This document shows positions 9,380 through 19,447 of a stretch of 64,000 nucleotides of DNA, one piece after another (the first letter of the stretch is position 1; each line of letters opens with the position of its first letter). The notes beneath the pieces were generated by a model. That model had not been told where the DNA came from. It did not search any database and saw only the letters and a list, made by a program, of their open reading frames with translations. The stretch is from Candidatus Heimdallarchaeota archaeon (GTDB taxonomy: Archaea; Asgardarchaeota; Heimdallarchaeia; Heimdallarchaeales; Heimdallarchaeaceae), in assembly GCA_016839945.1 (NCBI GenBank), contig JAEOTE010000019.1, forward strand, positions 326 to 64,325. Direction: 5' to 3'. The position numbers and the translations under genes are program-made.

Positions 9380-9863
9380 TTGTTTCTATTTCCTCCTTTA
9401 TTTCTTGGAGTATATATTTGTAAACTTCATCTACAATTTCATCAAATTTGGTTTGAATTTCTGGAGTAAGCTCATCGCTGAACTCCAATACATTGAAAAT
9501 TTCGATTCCAAGGATTGCAATATCCTTTGGAATATCATCATACATTTGATTACAGAATTCTAAAGCAGTAAAGAAGTCCATATTATGATAATCAGAAATA
9601 TGTAAAGCGCTAGCAAAATCATCCGGTTGAAGGTGAACAACTGTTCCCTTTGGATATTTGCCAGTTTGTATAGAATCAACTAAGATGATTTTTTCATATC
9701 CTCTAAAAATTTCTACAAGACCTATTCCTGCTAAAGAAACATCTTCTATTATTTCTACAAATTCTGGTAAGGAGTAAGTATCTCTAATATACTCTACTAC
9801 TTTGATGCCTATTGCATCATCACCAACTATAGGATTACCCAAACCAATTAATCCAATTTTCAT
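9369..9863 (-). CDS. [NiFe]-hydrogenase maturation endopeptidase (HycI/FrhD family)
   Basis: 164 aa. The N-terminus MKIGLIGLGNPIVGDDAIGIKV is the family signature. MvhA carries a cleavable tail after DPCLACATH. Confidence 0.8.
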   Translation of the reverse strand: MKIGLIGLGNPIVGDDAIGIKVVEYIRDTYSLPEFVEIIEDVSLAGIGLVEIFRGYEKIILVDSIQTGKYPKGTVVHLQPDDFASALHISDYHNMDFFTALEFCNQMYDDIPKDIAILGIEIFNVLEFSDELTPEIQTKFDEIVDEVYKYILQEIKEEIETNVV

Positions 9864-9884
9864 AGCTTCTTCCTTACCATTTTT

Positions 9885-11852
9885 TTATCCTTCACTAAGT
9901 GCTTGAATCAGATTTAAGATCTGACTATCTGTATATCCCAGATGATTAATAGCTCCATTTAAACATGCAGCTGCACAAGATCCACATCCTTTGCATACTG
10001 CTTCATTCACACTAGCAATTTCATATGAATGTCCATATCTATCTATTGCTTTCAATTCAATAGCTCCATAAGGACAAGATTCAACACAAAAACCACAACC
10101 TCTACATAAAAGCTCATCTACTTGTGCAATTGTTGCTTCAACTTCAAGTTCTTTTTGAGCTAATATGTTACATGCTTTTACTGCAGCTCTTCCAGCTTGA
10201 GATACAGTGTCTGGTATATCTCTTGGACCAGAAGCTGTTCCTGCAACAAAAACACCTGTAATAGCAGTTTCAACAGGCTTTAATTTTGGATGAGCCTCTC
10301 TAACAAAACCTATAATATCAGTTGAAAGTTTGAGTATCTTGGAAATTTCTTTTGTCCCCTCACTAGGTACCATACCTGTAGCTAATACCACTAAGTCGGC
10401 ATGTAATTCAACAGATTCAGCAGTTAAAGTATTTACTCCTCTAACTAGAATTTTATCAACATCTTGAATAAGTTCTGAGACCTTTCCTCTGATGAACATT
10501 ACATTCTCTTCTTCAGCAGCTCTTTGATAAAATTCTTCATAGTCCTTCCCCCCAGTTCTAATGTCGATGTAAAAATTAATCGCAAGAGCATCAGGATCCA
10601 GCTGTTTGAACATTAAAGCATGCTTAGTTGAATACATACAGCATATCCTTGAACAGTGAGGAAGATGTTTTGCTGGATCACGAGAGCCTGCACAATGAAT
10701 GAAAACTATTGTTTTAGGTACTTTTCCATCTGAAGGACGTCTGATGACTCCTTCTGTTGGTCCACCAGCTGAAATTAATCTTTCAAATTCTAATCCTGAG
10801 ACGACATCATGAATTGACCCATAACCATATTCACCAAGGTTTTCGATTGGATAAGTATCAAAACCTGTTGCAACTACGATAGCACCAAATTCCTCTTCCA
10901 TTATTTCCGGTTGCATATCAAAATCGATTGCTTCTGGTTCACAAACATCTTTGCATTTGGAACAAACGAGAGGTTCAATGCCTAAACAAGTTTTTGGATC
11001 TATTATATAAGATGCTGGTATAGCTTGAGGATATGAGATATAAATTGCTCTTCGTGGAGCAAGTTTTTCATTAAACTCATGATGAACAATCACAGGGCAA
11101 ACTGGTACACAATCATCACATAGTGTACATTTATCTTCAATAACATATCTAGGATTTCTCCTAATTTTAACTTTAAAATTCCCTATAAAACCATCTACTT
11201 CTGTAACTTCACTATTAGCTAGCAATGTAATATTAGGGTGACGACTAACTTCTACCATTTTAGGACTTAATATACAAGCTGAACAATCTAAAGTTGGAAA
11301 AGTTTTATCTAGTTGAGCCATTTTTCCACCAATTGTAGAATCTTTCTCAACTAGTACTACTTCATAACCTGTATTAGCAATGTCCAAAGCAGCTTGAATA
11401 CCTGCAATACCTCCTCCAATCACTAAAGCTTTGGAAGTTACACCTACTTTCTTCCTCCCCAGTGGTTTTATAGCAGCTGATTTTAGAACTGCTCCTTTCA
11501 CAAGTGCAGCAGCTTTTTCAGTTCCTTTTTCTACATCTTTGTGTACCCAAGAACATTGTTCTCGGATATTGACCATTTCTAAAAGGTAAGGATTTAATCC
11601 TTTATCTTCAAGCACTGTTCTAAAAGTGGGTTCATGCATTCGAGGTGAACATGCAGCTACAACAATCCTATCGAGATTAAACTCGTCTATATCCTCTTTG
11701 ATGAGTTCTTGTCCAGGTTCAGAGCATTTGTATTTGTAAATACGACTAACCTCAACATTGGGTAAATCTTTTACACTTTCTGCTACTTTCTCTAAGTCGA
11801 CTGTACCTGCAATATTACTCCCACATTCACAGAGATAAACACCAACTTTCAT
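9885..11852 (-). CDS. hdrA: heterodisulfide reductase subunit A (FAD and multi-[4Fe-4S] bifurcating flavoprotein), copy 2
   Basis: 655 aa. Motifs: VIGGGIAGIQAALDIA..VVLVEK, FPTLDCSACIL, CTLCDDCVPVCP, CRGCGFCVESCP, CKGCGSCAAAC. Confidence 0.9.
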   Translation of the reverse strand: MKVGVYLCECGSNIAGTVDLEKVAESVKDLPNVEVSRIYKYKCSEPGQELIKEDIDEFNLDRIVVAACSPRMHEPTFRTVLEDKGLNPYLLEMVNIREQCSWVHKDVEKGTEKAAALVKGAVLKSAAIKPLGRKKVGVTSKALVIGGGIAGIQAALDIANTGYEVVLVEKDSTIGGKMAQLDKTFPTLDCSACILSPKMVEVSRHPNITLLANSEVTEVDGFIGNFKVKIRRNPRYVIEDKCTLCDDCVPVCPVIVHHEFNEKLAPRRAIYISYPQAIPASYIIDPKTCLGIEPLVCSKCKDVCEPEAIDFDMQPEIMEEEFGAIVVATGFDTYPIENLGEYGYGSIHDVVSGLEFERLISAGGPTEGVIRRPSDGKVPKTIVFIHCAGSRDPAKHLPHCSRICCMYSTKHALMFKQLDPDALAINFYIDIRTGGKDYEEFYQRAAEEENVMFIRGKVSELIQDVDKILVRGVNTLTAESVELHADLVVLATGMVPSEGTKEISKILKLSTDIIGFVREAHPKLKPVETAITGVFVAGTASGPRDIPDTVSQAGRAAVKACNILAQKELEVEATIAQVDELLCRGCGFCVESCPYGAIELKAIDRYGHSYEIASVNEAVCKGCGSCAAACLNGAINHLGYTDSQILNLIQALSEG

Positions 11853-11968
11853 TTTTGCTCAACCTCATTGTAAAATATTCTAGATTTTAAGTTGTTAGTA
11901 TGAAAAATCAGACCTTTATTAGAGTACACTTCTTCCCAATTTAAAGCCTTTAATTCATTATTTTCCAT
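11849..11968 (-). CDS. candidate 39-aa small ORF between mvhA and hdrA
   Basis: Hand translation: MENNELKALNWEEVYSNKGLIFHTNNLKSRIFYNEVEQK*. GGTGG lies 5-9 nt upstream. The ATG starts 10 nt after the mvhA stop, and its TGA overlaps the hdrA ATG (ATGA). Below the size cut-off of the ORF track. Confidence 0.3.
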   Translation of the reverse strand: MENNELKALNWEEVYSNKGLIFHTNNLKSRIFYNEVEQK

Positions 11969-11977
11969 TTCAACCAC

Positions 11978-13453
11978 CTAAAACTTTCTTTTTAATATTC
12001 TTATTAATTTCTTATTCTGATCATAAATTTCTACTTGCAAAGGCATTTGGCCTGGTAATGAGTGAGTAGCACATGCTAAACAGGGGTCATAGGCCCTAAA
12101 AGCCATCTCTATTTTGTTTAATCCATCATCATTGTATTGTCCACGTTGTATCATTTCTTGTGCTGCTTGTTTAACACTTAAGCAAATAGCTGCGTTATTA
12201 TTTGTTGTTGCAACAATTATATTCGCATCTGTTACTCTACCCTCTTTATTAGTTTTATAATGGTGATAAAGTGTTCCACGAGGAGCTTCTATAACTCCAA
12301 CTCCTTCTCCTGTTATCATACTTTTAGTTACTGGAGTTCTGTATTTATCTGAAAAGACGTCAGGATTTTCAGCTATTTCTTTCATTCTTTCTCCGCAGTA
12401 GAGGATTTCAACTAATCTAGCCCAGTTAAATCCTAAAGTGTGATGAGATGGTTTTCCACCTAATATTTTGTACATATTTTCCATAGCTTCCTGAGCTAAG
12501 GGAGTTTTTATTTTATCAACAACGTTTAATCTTGCAAGAGAATTAACTCTATACAAACCATTATCTGGTTCAGCTACGAATCCTTTCCAACCTATTTTTT
12601 TCAGATATGGGAATTTCAGATATGACCAAGGTTCAACATGTTCTGATAAATAATCCAGATATTCTTTAGCATGATATTTTGCGACTTCTTTTCCTTTACT
12701 ATTTACTATCTTAACAGTATCATGTTGATAGAAATCTAATTCATTATCTGGTCCTACTACTGACATATAATAGGATTCCATTTTATAAGCATCTGAATCA
12801 ATAAGAGACATTAATTTATCATTTTTTACAACCAAATCATCAAATACTTTAAGACCCAGTTTACCAAATTCTATTGTCTCTATTGACATTTTTAGAATAT
12901 CTTCAGCTTGTTCTTGAGTTATTCCTTTACTTATACCACCTGGAATCACTGTTACTGGATGAGTGGCTTTAGCACCAACCATCGCTTGAATTTTTTGAGC
13001 AAAACCTCTGATTTTTATTGCTTCTTTTGCAACTTCAGGAAAAGCTTGGTAAATTCCTAAAATGTTGTGAGTACCTGGTTTGGTTTTTTCTCCTAACACA
13101 AAATCTGGTAGAGCAAAAGCATAGAAATGCAGTATGTGACTATGGATGTTATGCCCAAGTGCTAAAATCTCTCTTAGGAGCTTTGCTGTTTTTGGTGGGT
13201 CTATACCATATATCTGATCTGCTGCTTTTGCTGGAGCTAAATGATGTGGGATTGGACATACTCCACATATCCTTGGAGTTATTCTTAGAACTTCTTCAAT
13301 AGGTCTACCTTGTACAAATCTTTCAAAACCTCGAAGTTCTACTACTTGAAAATAAGCATCCTTTACGTTTCCTTCATCATTTAATACTACTGTAATTTTA
13401 GCTAAGCCTTCTAGTCTAGTGACAGGATCTATTGTTACAACTTTTCCACTCAT
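11978..13453 (-). CDS. mvhA: [NiFe] hydrogenase large subunit, MvhA-type (group 3c)
   Basis: 491 aa. N-terminal RICGVCPIPH (RxCGxCxxxH) and C-terminal DPCLACATH followed by a 27-aa tail. Confidence 0.9.
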   Translation of the reverse strand: MSGKVVTIDPVTRLEGLAKITVVLNDEGNVKDAYFQVVELRGFERFVQGRPIEEVLRITPRICGVCPIPHHLAPAKAADQIYGIDPPKTAKLLREILALGHNIHSHILHFYAFALPDFVLGEKTKPGTHNILGIYQAFPEVAKEAIKIRGFAQKIQAMVGAKATHPVTVIPGGISKGITQEQAEDILKMSIETIEFGKLGLKVFDDLVVKNDKLMSLIDSDAYKMESYYMSVVGPDNELDFYQHDTVKIVNSKGKEVAKYHAKEYLDYLSEHVEPWSYLKFPYLKKIGWKGFVAEPDNGLYRVNSLARLNVVDKIKTPLAQEAMENMYKILGGKPSHHTLGFNWARLVEILYCGERMKEIAENPDVFSDKYRTPVTKSMITGEGVGVIEAPRGTLYHHYKTNKEGRVTDANIIVATTNNNAAICLSVKQAAQEMIQRGQYNDDGLNKIEMAFRAYDPCLACATHSLPGQMPLQVEIYDQNKKLIRILKRKF

Positions 13454-14451
13454 TTTATCTCCTCCTCTGAATGAAGATTATAGATAAGTGATTTACCATA
13501 TGTAAAACGATAAAATGTTCCTAAGGGGTCAGGAATTTTATCTACTACTTTGTGCAATTCTTCTTCTGACATATCTTCTTCTACATCAACGTCTAGTAAT
13601 GATGTTAAAGCTGAAATCATCTTTAAACCATGATCTTTTACTTTGTCAGTTGGACCTAAACAACCTCTGCATCCAACATTCATCTTTGTGCATAAAGCAT
13701 CACAACCTGCTCGAGTTGCAGGTCCCATACAAATAATACCTTGAGGAATTAAACACAAATCAGGATCAATTTCTTGAACCTCTTGAGGAGAAATGAAATC
13801 TTTGAATGAGATTTCTTCTGGTTTTGTTCTTCCACACTCTTCACATAGTGTTTTTGTATCAGCAATAACTGTACCTTTAGGAGGTAATTGACCAGTTGAG
13901 GCAAAAACTTTCAAAACCTCAACAACTTGTTCAATTAATGGAACCATAGGGGGGCATCCTGGAACATAATAATCAATATCAATAACAGCATCTAATGCAT
14001 CAGCATCTTTTCTGATTCCAGGTAATGTTAGTTCTGTACCTTTAATTGTGATAGATGTTTGGGGGACAGTGCCTTCAGGATTGTCCATTGAAGGTACATC
14101 TTTATACACAACATCAAACATACTTTTCTCATAAGGCATATTAGCTAAGCTTGGTATTCCTCCAAAGTTCGCACAAGCACCAAAAGCTACTACAACTTTA
14201 GATTTCTTTCTAAGTATTTTAGCTATTTCAGCATCTTCTGTAGTCCTGATGGAACCATGGTAAATCCCAACATCTACTTCTCCATCCTTAAGATTCTTTA
14301 AATCATCAATTTTGAAATCCATAGCTGTAGGCCAGAATTTGAAATCAACTAAATCAAAGACTTCTAGTATTTTTTCATTTAAATCTAAGATAGCTACATC
14401 GCATCCGGCACATGTAGCTCCTAATGCAATCGCTAGGTTTATTTTCTTCAT
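13450..14451 (-). CDS. mvhG: [NiFe] hydrogenase small subunit, MvhG-type (no Tat signal)
   Basis: 333 aa. LGATCAGCDVAILD at the N-terminus, GACANFGGIP, further Cys clusters. Overlaps both neighbours by 4 nt. Confidence 0.85.
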   Translation of the reverse strand: MKKINLAIALGATCAGCDVAILDLNEKILEVFDLVDFKFWPTAMDFKIDDLKNLKDGEVDVGIYHGSIRTTEDAEIAKILRKKSKVVVAFGACANFGGIPSLANMPYEKSMFDVVYKDVPSMDNPEGTVPQTSITIKGTELTLPGIRKDADALDAVIDIDYYVPGCPPMVPLIEQVVEVLKVFASTGQLPPKGTVIADTKTLCEECGRTKPEEISFKDFISPQEVQEIDPDLCLIPQGIICMGPATRAGCDALCTKMNVGCRGCLGPTDKVKDHGLKMISALTSLLDVDVEEDMSEEELHKVVDKIPDPLGTFYRFTYGKSLIYNLHSEEEIK

Positions 14452-14903
14452 AATTCCTCCCCTCCTTTACCATTAATTTTGTATGGAGGAAGCTTTTTTA
14501 GCTCATCAACCATAGCAGTAACTGTTTTAGCAAATTTCGCAGCTTCAGTTGCAGAAATCCAGGTTAATCTAAATCTTTTTGGACTTACACCAACCTGCTT
14601 TAATAATTTTGATAATATTGACATTCTTCGAAATGTCTTATAATTCCCTGTTTTATAATGACAATCTCCAAAATTACAACCAGTTATAAGAACCCCGTCT
14701 GCTCCTTCTAAAAATGCCTCTACTACATGTTGTGGATCAATTCTACTTGAACAATTCACCATTATTGGAAGAACATTTGGAGGATATTGTAGTCTTGATG
14801 TCCCTGCTAGATCAGCTCCTTTTCCTGAGCACCACCTGCATAAGAAAAGAATTATGTTAGGATTTGGATTTTGGGACTCTGTTTCTTGCGTTGTTTTACT
14901 CAT
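14448..14903 (-). CDS. mvhD: MvhD, methyl-viologen-reducing hydrogenase delta subunit ([2Fe-2S] adaptor to HdrA)
   Basis: 151 aa with FLCRWCSGKGADLAG...ITGCNFGDCHY, the MvhD/FlpD signature. Confidence 0.85.
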   Translation of the reverse strand: MSKTTQETESQNPNPNIILFLCRWCSGKGADLAGTSRLQYPPNVLPIMVNCSSRIDPQHVVEAFLEGADGVLITGCNFGDCHYKTGNYKTFRRMSILSKLLKQVGVSPKRFRLTWISATEAAKFAKTVTAMVDELKKLPPYKINGKGGEEL

Positions 14904-14905
14904 TT

Positions 14906-16861
14906 CTACCCACTCCTTAGTAGTGCTTTAATGCTCGCACTAATACTTTCATATGTAGAATTTCTCAGTTCAATGCTTCCTGATGGACATGCAGAAGCAC
15001 AGCTCCCACACCCTTCACATAGAGCTTCTCTTACAACTATTTTATTCAGAGGTTCATCATAATAGATTGCTCCATAAGGACACACATGAATACAAGTATG
15101 ACAAACTCCACATGTATTTTCATCAATTTCTGCAATAACTGGATCTCTGTCCATAAAATCAGAGGATAAAATGGTTTCAGCTTTTGCAGCTGCTCCAGAT
15201 GCTTGTGCTACAGTTTCGGGAATATCCTTTGGACCAGATGCAGTACCTGCAACAAATACTCCAGCTATTGCTGTTTCAACTGGTTTTAGTTTTGGATGAG
15301 CTTCTTTCACAAATCCTTTATTATCACAAGAGAGTTTGAGTATGTTTGAAATTTCTTTTGTACCCTCACTAGGTAACAATCCTGTTGCTAAAACAACTAA
15401 ATCAGTGTGTAACTCGACAGCTTCAGAAGTAAGAGTATTCACTCCTCTGACTAGAATTCGTTCACCATCTTGCAGAAGTTCTGATACTTTCCCTCTAATA
15501 TATATTACACCTTCCTCTTCTGCAGCTCTCTTGTAAAATTCTTCATAATCTTTACCTGCAGTTCTAACATCGATGTAGAAGTTTATAGCTGTTCCATCAT
15601 GAACAAGATGTTTGTATTGCAAAGCATGCTTTGTTGCATACATGCAACAAATCTTTGAACAATATTCTAGATGCTTAGCAGGATCACGGGAACCTGCACA
15701 ATGAATAAAAACAACTGATTCTGGAATTTTCCCATCTGAGGGGCGTCTTATAACTCCTTGAGTAGGTCCATTTGCTGCTAAGATTCTTTCGAATTCCAAA
15801 CCTGAAATTACGTCATGAATAGTTCCGTATCCATACTCACCTATACTTTCTATTGGATAGGGTGTATAACCTGTTGCTACAATTATGGCACCAAATTCCT
15901 CTTCAATTATTTCCGGTTGCATGTCAAAATCGATTGCACGTGGTTCACACACTTCTTTACATTTAGCACAAATTAAGGGATCAATACCTAAACAAGTGTT
16001 AGGATCAATGATATAGTTAGCTGGAACAGCTTGTGGAAAAGCAATATAAATTGCTTTACGAGGAGTTAATCCTACATTATATTCATCGTGAACTATAACT
16101 GGACAAACTGATACACAATCATCACAAAGTGTGCATTTTTCTTCGATTACATAACGTGGTTTTTTGTTTATCCTTACTTTGAAGCTCCCAACATATCCAT
16201 CTATATTTTCTACTTCACTGTTTGTTAAAAGACTAATATTTGGATGTCTACCAACTGCAACCATTTTTGGAGTTAAGATACATTGAGAACAATCTAAAGT
16301 TGGGAAAGTTTCAGCAAGTTGAGCCATCTTTCCGCCAATCGTTGAATCTTTTTCTACAAGTACCACTTCATAACCAGCATCTGCAATATCTAAAGCAGCT
16401 TGGATTCCAGCTACCCCTCCACCAATCACCAAAGCTTTTTGTGTTACTGGAATTTGATAAGGAACTAACGGTTGATTTCTTTTTACTTTTTCAATAGTTG
16501 ATTCAATAATTCTAATCGTTTTTTCTGTAGCTTTATCCTTTTCCTCATGAACCCAGCTACATTGCTCTCTTATATTTGCCATTTCTGTCAAATACTGATT
16601 CAAACCTGCTTCTTTGGTTGCAATTCTGAAGGTATCTTCATGCATATCTTTGCTACAAGCTGCAACTACAACTCTATCCAGATTGTGTTTATTAATAGCA
16701 TCTTTCAAAACAGTTTGCCCTGGCTCTGAGCACATATACATATTACTTTCAATATGAATTACTTCATCAACATCTTTTATTTTTTCAACAACTTTTTCTA
16801 TATCTACTGTGTGGGCAATATTTCTCCCACAATGGCAAACAAAGACCCCTACTCTGCTCAT
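14906..16861 (-). CDS. hdrA: heterodisulfide reductase subunit A, copy 1
   Basis: 651 aa, collinear with copy 2 over its whole length, for example FPTLDCSQCILTPKMV..CTLCDDCVSVCP..IHCAGSRDPAKHL. Confidence 0.9.
   Translation of the reverse strand: MSRVGVFVCHCGRNIAHTVDIEKVVEKIKDVDEVIHIESNMYMCSEPGQTVLKDAINKHNLDRVVVAACSKDMHEDTFRIATKEAGLNQYLTEMANIREQCSWVHEEKDKATEKTIRIIESTIEKVKRNQPLVPYQIPVTQKALVIGGGVAGIQAALDIADAGYEVVLVEKDSTIGGKMAQLAETFPTLDCSQCILTPKMVAVGRHPNISLLTNSEVENIDGYVGSFKVRINKKPRYVIEEKCTLCDDCVSVCPVIVHDEYNVGLTPRKAIYIAFPQAVPANYIIDPNTCLGIDPLICAKCKEVCEPRAIDFDMQPEIIEEEFGAIIVATGYTPYPIESIGEYGYGTIHDVISGLEFERILAANGPTQGVIRRPSDGKIPESVVFIHCAGSRDPAKHLEYCSKICCMYATKHALQYKHLVHDGTAINFYIDVRTAGKDYEEFYKRAAEEEGVIYIRGKVSELLQDGERILVRGVNTLTSEAVELHTDLVVLATGLLPSEGTKEISNILKLSCDNKGFVKEAHPKLKPVETAIAGVFVAGTASGPKDIPETVAQASGAAAKAETILSSDFMDRDPVIAEIDENTCGVCHTCIHVCPYGAIYYDEPLNKIVVREALCEGCGSCASACPSGSIELRNSTYESISASIKALLRSG
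14906..16861 (-). repeat. dispersed ~2 kb gene duplication; partner copy is 9885..11852
   Basis: Long blocks of near-identical DNA, for example ttccggttgcatgtcaaaatcgattgc (about 15.91 kb) versus ttccggttgcatatcaaaatcgattgc (about 10.91 kb). By eye the proteins are roughly 70% identical. Confidence 0.8.
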
Positions 16862-16864
16862 TTT

Positions 16865-17413
16865 TTATCCTTCTTGACTGTGCTCTTTTCCTTTTTGGAA
16901 TGCAATAAGATTTTTTTCAACAAACCTTGCTTTTATTTTCTTTTTCATTACTTCAATTAGAGATTCCTCAGAAACAATGTCTTTAGTATTAGCACAAACA
17001 AACCCTAACATCACTATATTTGCAAAAATTCTATTCCCAAGAGTTTCAGCAATTTTAGTAGCAGGTATTTTGTATATTTTCTTAGCTTTGTCCGCATGCT
17101 CATCTAGTGATACTAGATTTTCTTCAACAAACAATATTCCCCCCTTCTTAAGTTTTGGAATGTATTTATCATACGCTTCTTCAGACATAACGACAAAATA
17201 ATCTAATTCTGTAGCTTTAGGATAATCGATATCAGCTGTATCAATAACAACATCAGAGCTACTAGCACCACCTCTGCTTTCAGGGCCATAGCTTTGTGTC
17301 ATAACAGAGTTTTTGTTTTTTTCGTATAAAGAAACAGCTTCCCCAACTAGTCTCCCCATAAGACCAATACCTTGACCACCAAAACCTGCAAATCGTACTT
17401 CAATTCTACTCAT
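16865..17413 (-). CDS. 2-oxoacid:ferredoxin oxidoreductase gamma subunit
   Basis: 182 aa with FAGFGGQGIGLMG and the SYGPESRGG motif. Confidence 0.85.
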   Translation of the reverse strand: MSRIEVRFAGFGGQGIGLMGRLVGEAVSLYEKNKNSVMTQSYGPESRGGASSSDVVIDTADIDYPKATELDYFVVMSEEAYDKYIPKLKKGGILFVEENLVSLDEHADKAKKIYKIPATKIAETLGNRIFANIVMLGFVCANTKDIVSEESLIEVMKKKIKARFVEKNLIAFQKGKEHSQEG

Positions 17414-18285
17414 TTCTTACCCCCCTTATTTAAAGCAGCTTCACCTTTTCTTTGAATTTCTAACAAATGGTCTGTTAAAGTTGGTTTATCTTCAATATCA
17501 ACAAATTTACCTACAATCATTGGACCATCTTTTTCTATATCTACTTTCTTTGTATCCATTCCATGCTGAAGAACTGCTTTCTCTTTGAAGTATTCTAGAA
17601 TCTTTTTTCCTTCAGCTAACTGGTTACGACGCCCATAAGTTGTAGGGCAACTACCTAGAACCTCTACAAATGAGAAACCCTTCTTTGTTATGGCTTCAAC
17701 AAAAGAATCTTTAACTCTTCTGACATCTAGAGCTGTCCATCGAGCAACATATACAGCTCCACAAGAAGCTGCTAAATCTGGTAAATTAAATGGTTCTTCA
17801 ACTGTTCCATAAGGTGTAGTAGATTGAAATTGTCCTACATAAGAAGTCGGACCAACTTGCCCTCCAGTCATTCCGTAATTGAAATTGTTAACACAGATAA
17901 CTGTAATGTCAGCATTTCTTCTAGCTGCGTGGATGAAGTGGTTACCACCTATAGCAAACAAATCTCCATCACCAGATACAACAATAACTTTACGATCAGG
18001 ATCAGTTACACTTAAACCAATCGCAAAAGGTATTGCTCTACCATGAGTAGTGTGAAAACTATCAAAATTAAGATATCCCGCAATTCTCCCAGTACATCCT
18101 ATACCTGATACAACAGCTACTTTTTTTGGATCAACTCCAGCTTCAAGTATGGCTTCTACAAGTACGGTGGTTATTGATCCTAAGCTACAGCCGGGACAGA
18201 AAATGTGTGGGATTCTACCCTCTCTTAGATAACCATCAAGTGGATGATCATGTGATTCAATTAATTCTATATTTTCTTCAGCCAT
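17410..18285 (-). CDS. 2-oxoacid:ferredoxin oxidoreductase beta subunit (TPP-binding)
   Basis: 291 aa. FCPGCSLG, GIGCTGR and SGDGDLFAIGGNH (the TPP GDG motif). Confidence 0.85.
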   Translation of the reverse strand: MAEENIELIESHDHPLDGYLREGRIPHIFCPGCSLGSITTVLVEAILEAGVDPKKVAVVSGIGCTGRIAGYLNFDSFHTTHGRAIPFAIGLSVTDPDRKVIVVSGDGDLFAIGGNHFIHAARRNADITVICVNNFNYGMTGGQVGPTSYVGQFQSTTPYGTVEEPFNLPDLAASCGAVYVARWTALDVRRVKDSFVEAITKKGFSFVEVLGSCPTTYGRRNQLAEGKKILEYFKEKAVLQHGMDTKKVDIEKDGPMIVGKFVDIEDKPTLTDHLLEIQRKGEAALNKGGKK

Positions 18286-18286
18286 T

Positions 18287-19447
18287 TTAACTCCTCTCTA
18301 TCTCTTTTAAAATGTCTTCAGGCAAGTGTATATCTCCCCCTAGTTTGAAGACTCCCTTTACTTCAGTTTTACCATGAGCTGCTCTTTCAACTTCCCTGGT
18401 TATTTGACCATAATTGATCTCAGGAACAATTATCTTCTTTACTTGGTCAGCTAGTTTTTCAATATGATCATCAGCGAAAGGCCAGATTGTAATTAATCTT
18501 AACAAGCCTGCTTTGATTCCTTTTTTACGAGCTCGATTTACTGCACCCTTTGCAACTCTAGCACTTGAGCCAAAAGAAACAAACGCTATATCGGCATCAT
18601 CTAGCTGATATTCTTCGACTTTTATTATTTTATCTTTGTTCAGTCGGATTTTGTCATTAATCCTCTTTACGAGTTTTTCTTGAGCTTCCGAGTTAATGAC
18701 AGGATAACCTCTTTCATCATGAGTTAATCCTGTTGTCATTATTCTATAACCGCTACTAGCTGTAGCCATTGGCGGTACTAAATCTTTGTCCGGTAAATAT
18801 GGTAAGTGTTCTTCTGGTGGTCCAGTAGGGGTTTTTCTATTTACACGTACAATTTTCTCTTCTTTTGGAATTACTAACTTTTCACTCATATGACCAAGAG
18901 CTTCATCCATTAACACTGTAACTGGTAACCTATACTTCTCTGCAAAATTAAAAGAATCGATTGTTAAATCAAAGCACTCTTGTACGGTACTCGGTGTGAT
19001 AGCAATAGGTTCGTAATCACCATGTGATCCCCATTTAGCTTGCATAATGTCTTGTTGTCCAACTAAAGTAGGTAAGCCAGTTGATGGTCCACCTCTCTGT
19101 ACATTTACAATAACACAAGGTGTTTCAGTCATCATACCAAGTCCGATATTTTCAAGCATTAATGAATAACCTGGACCTGATGTGGCGGTCATACTCTTAT
19201 AGCCGCCCCAAGAAGCTCCTAGAATTGAAGCAATTGAGGCAATTTCATCCTCAAATTGAACAAAATGGCCTTTTACTTGTGGAAGACGCAATGCTATGTG
19301 TTCAGCAATTTCAGAGCTAGGAGTTATTGGGTAACCACCAAAGAATTTACAGCCTGCAGCAATAGCACCTTCAGCTGCAGCATGATTACCTGTAGTAAAG
19401 TGTTCTCCTGTAAGTACTTCTCGTGGTAGTATTTTTTGTTCACTCAT
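18287..19447 (-). CDS. 2-oxoacid:ferredoxin oxidoreductase alpha subunit
   Basis: 386 aa. GNHAAAEGAIAAGCKFFGGYPITPSSEI and TSGPGYSLM blocks. Confidence 0.85.
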   Translation of the reverse strand: MSEQKILPREVLTGEHFTTGNHAAAEGAIAAGCKFFGGYPITPSSEIAEHIALRLPQVKGHFVQFEDEIASIASILGASWGGYKSMTATSGPGYSLMLENIGLGMMTETPCVIVNVQRGGPSTGLPTLVGQQDIMQAKWGSHGDYEPIAITPSTVQECFDLTIDSFNFAEKYRLPVTVLMDEALGHMSEKLVIPKEEKIVRVNRKTPTGPPEEHLPYLPDKDLVPPMATASSGYRIMTTGLTHDERGYPVINSEAQEKLVKRINDKIRLNKDKIIKVEEYQLDDADIAFVSFGSSARVAKGAVNRARKKGIKAGLLRLITIWPFADDHIEKLADQVKKIIVPEINYGQITREVERAAHGKTEVKGVFKLGGDIHLPEDILKEIERS

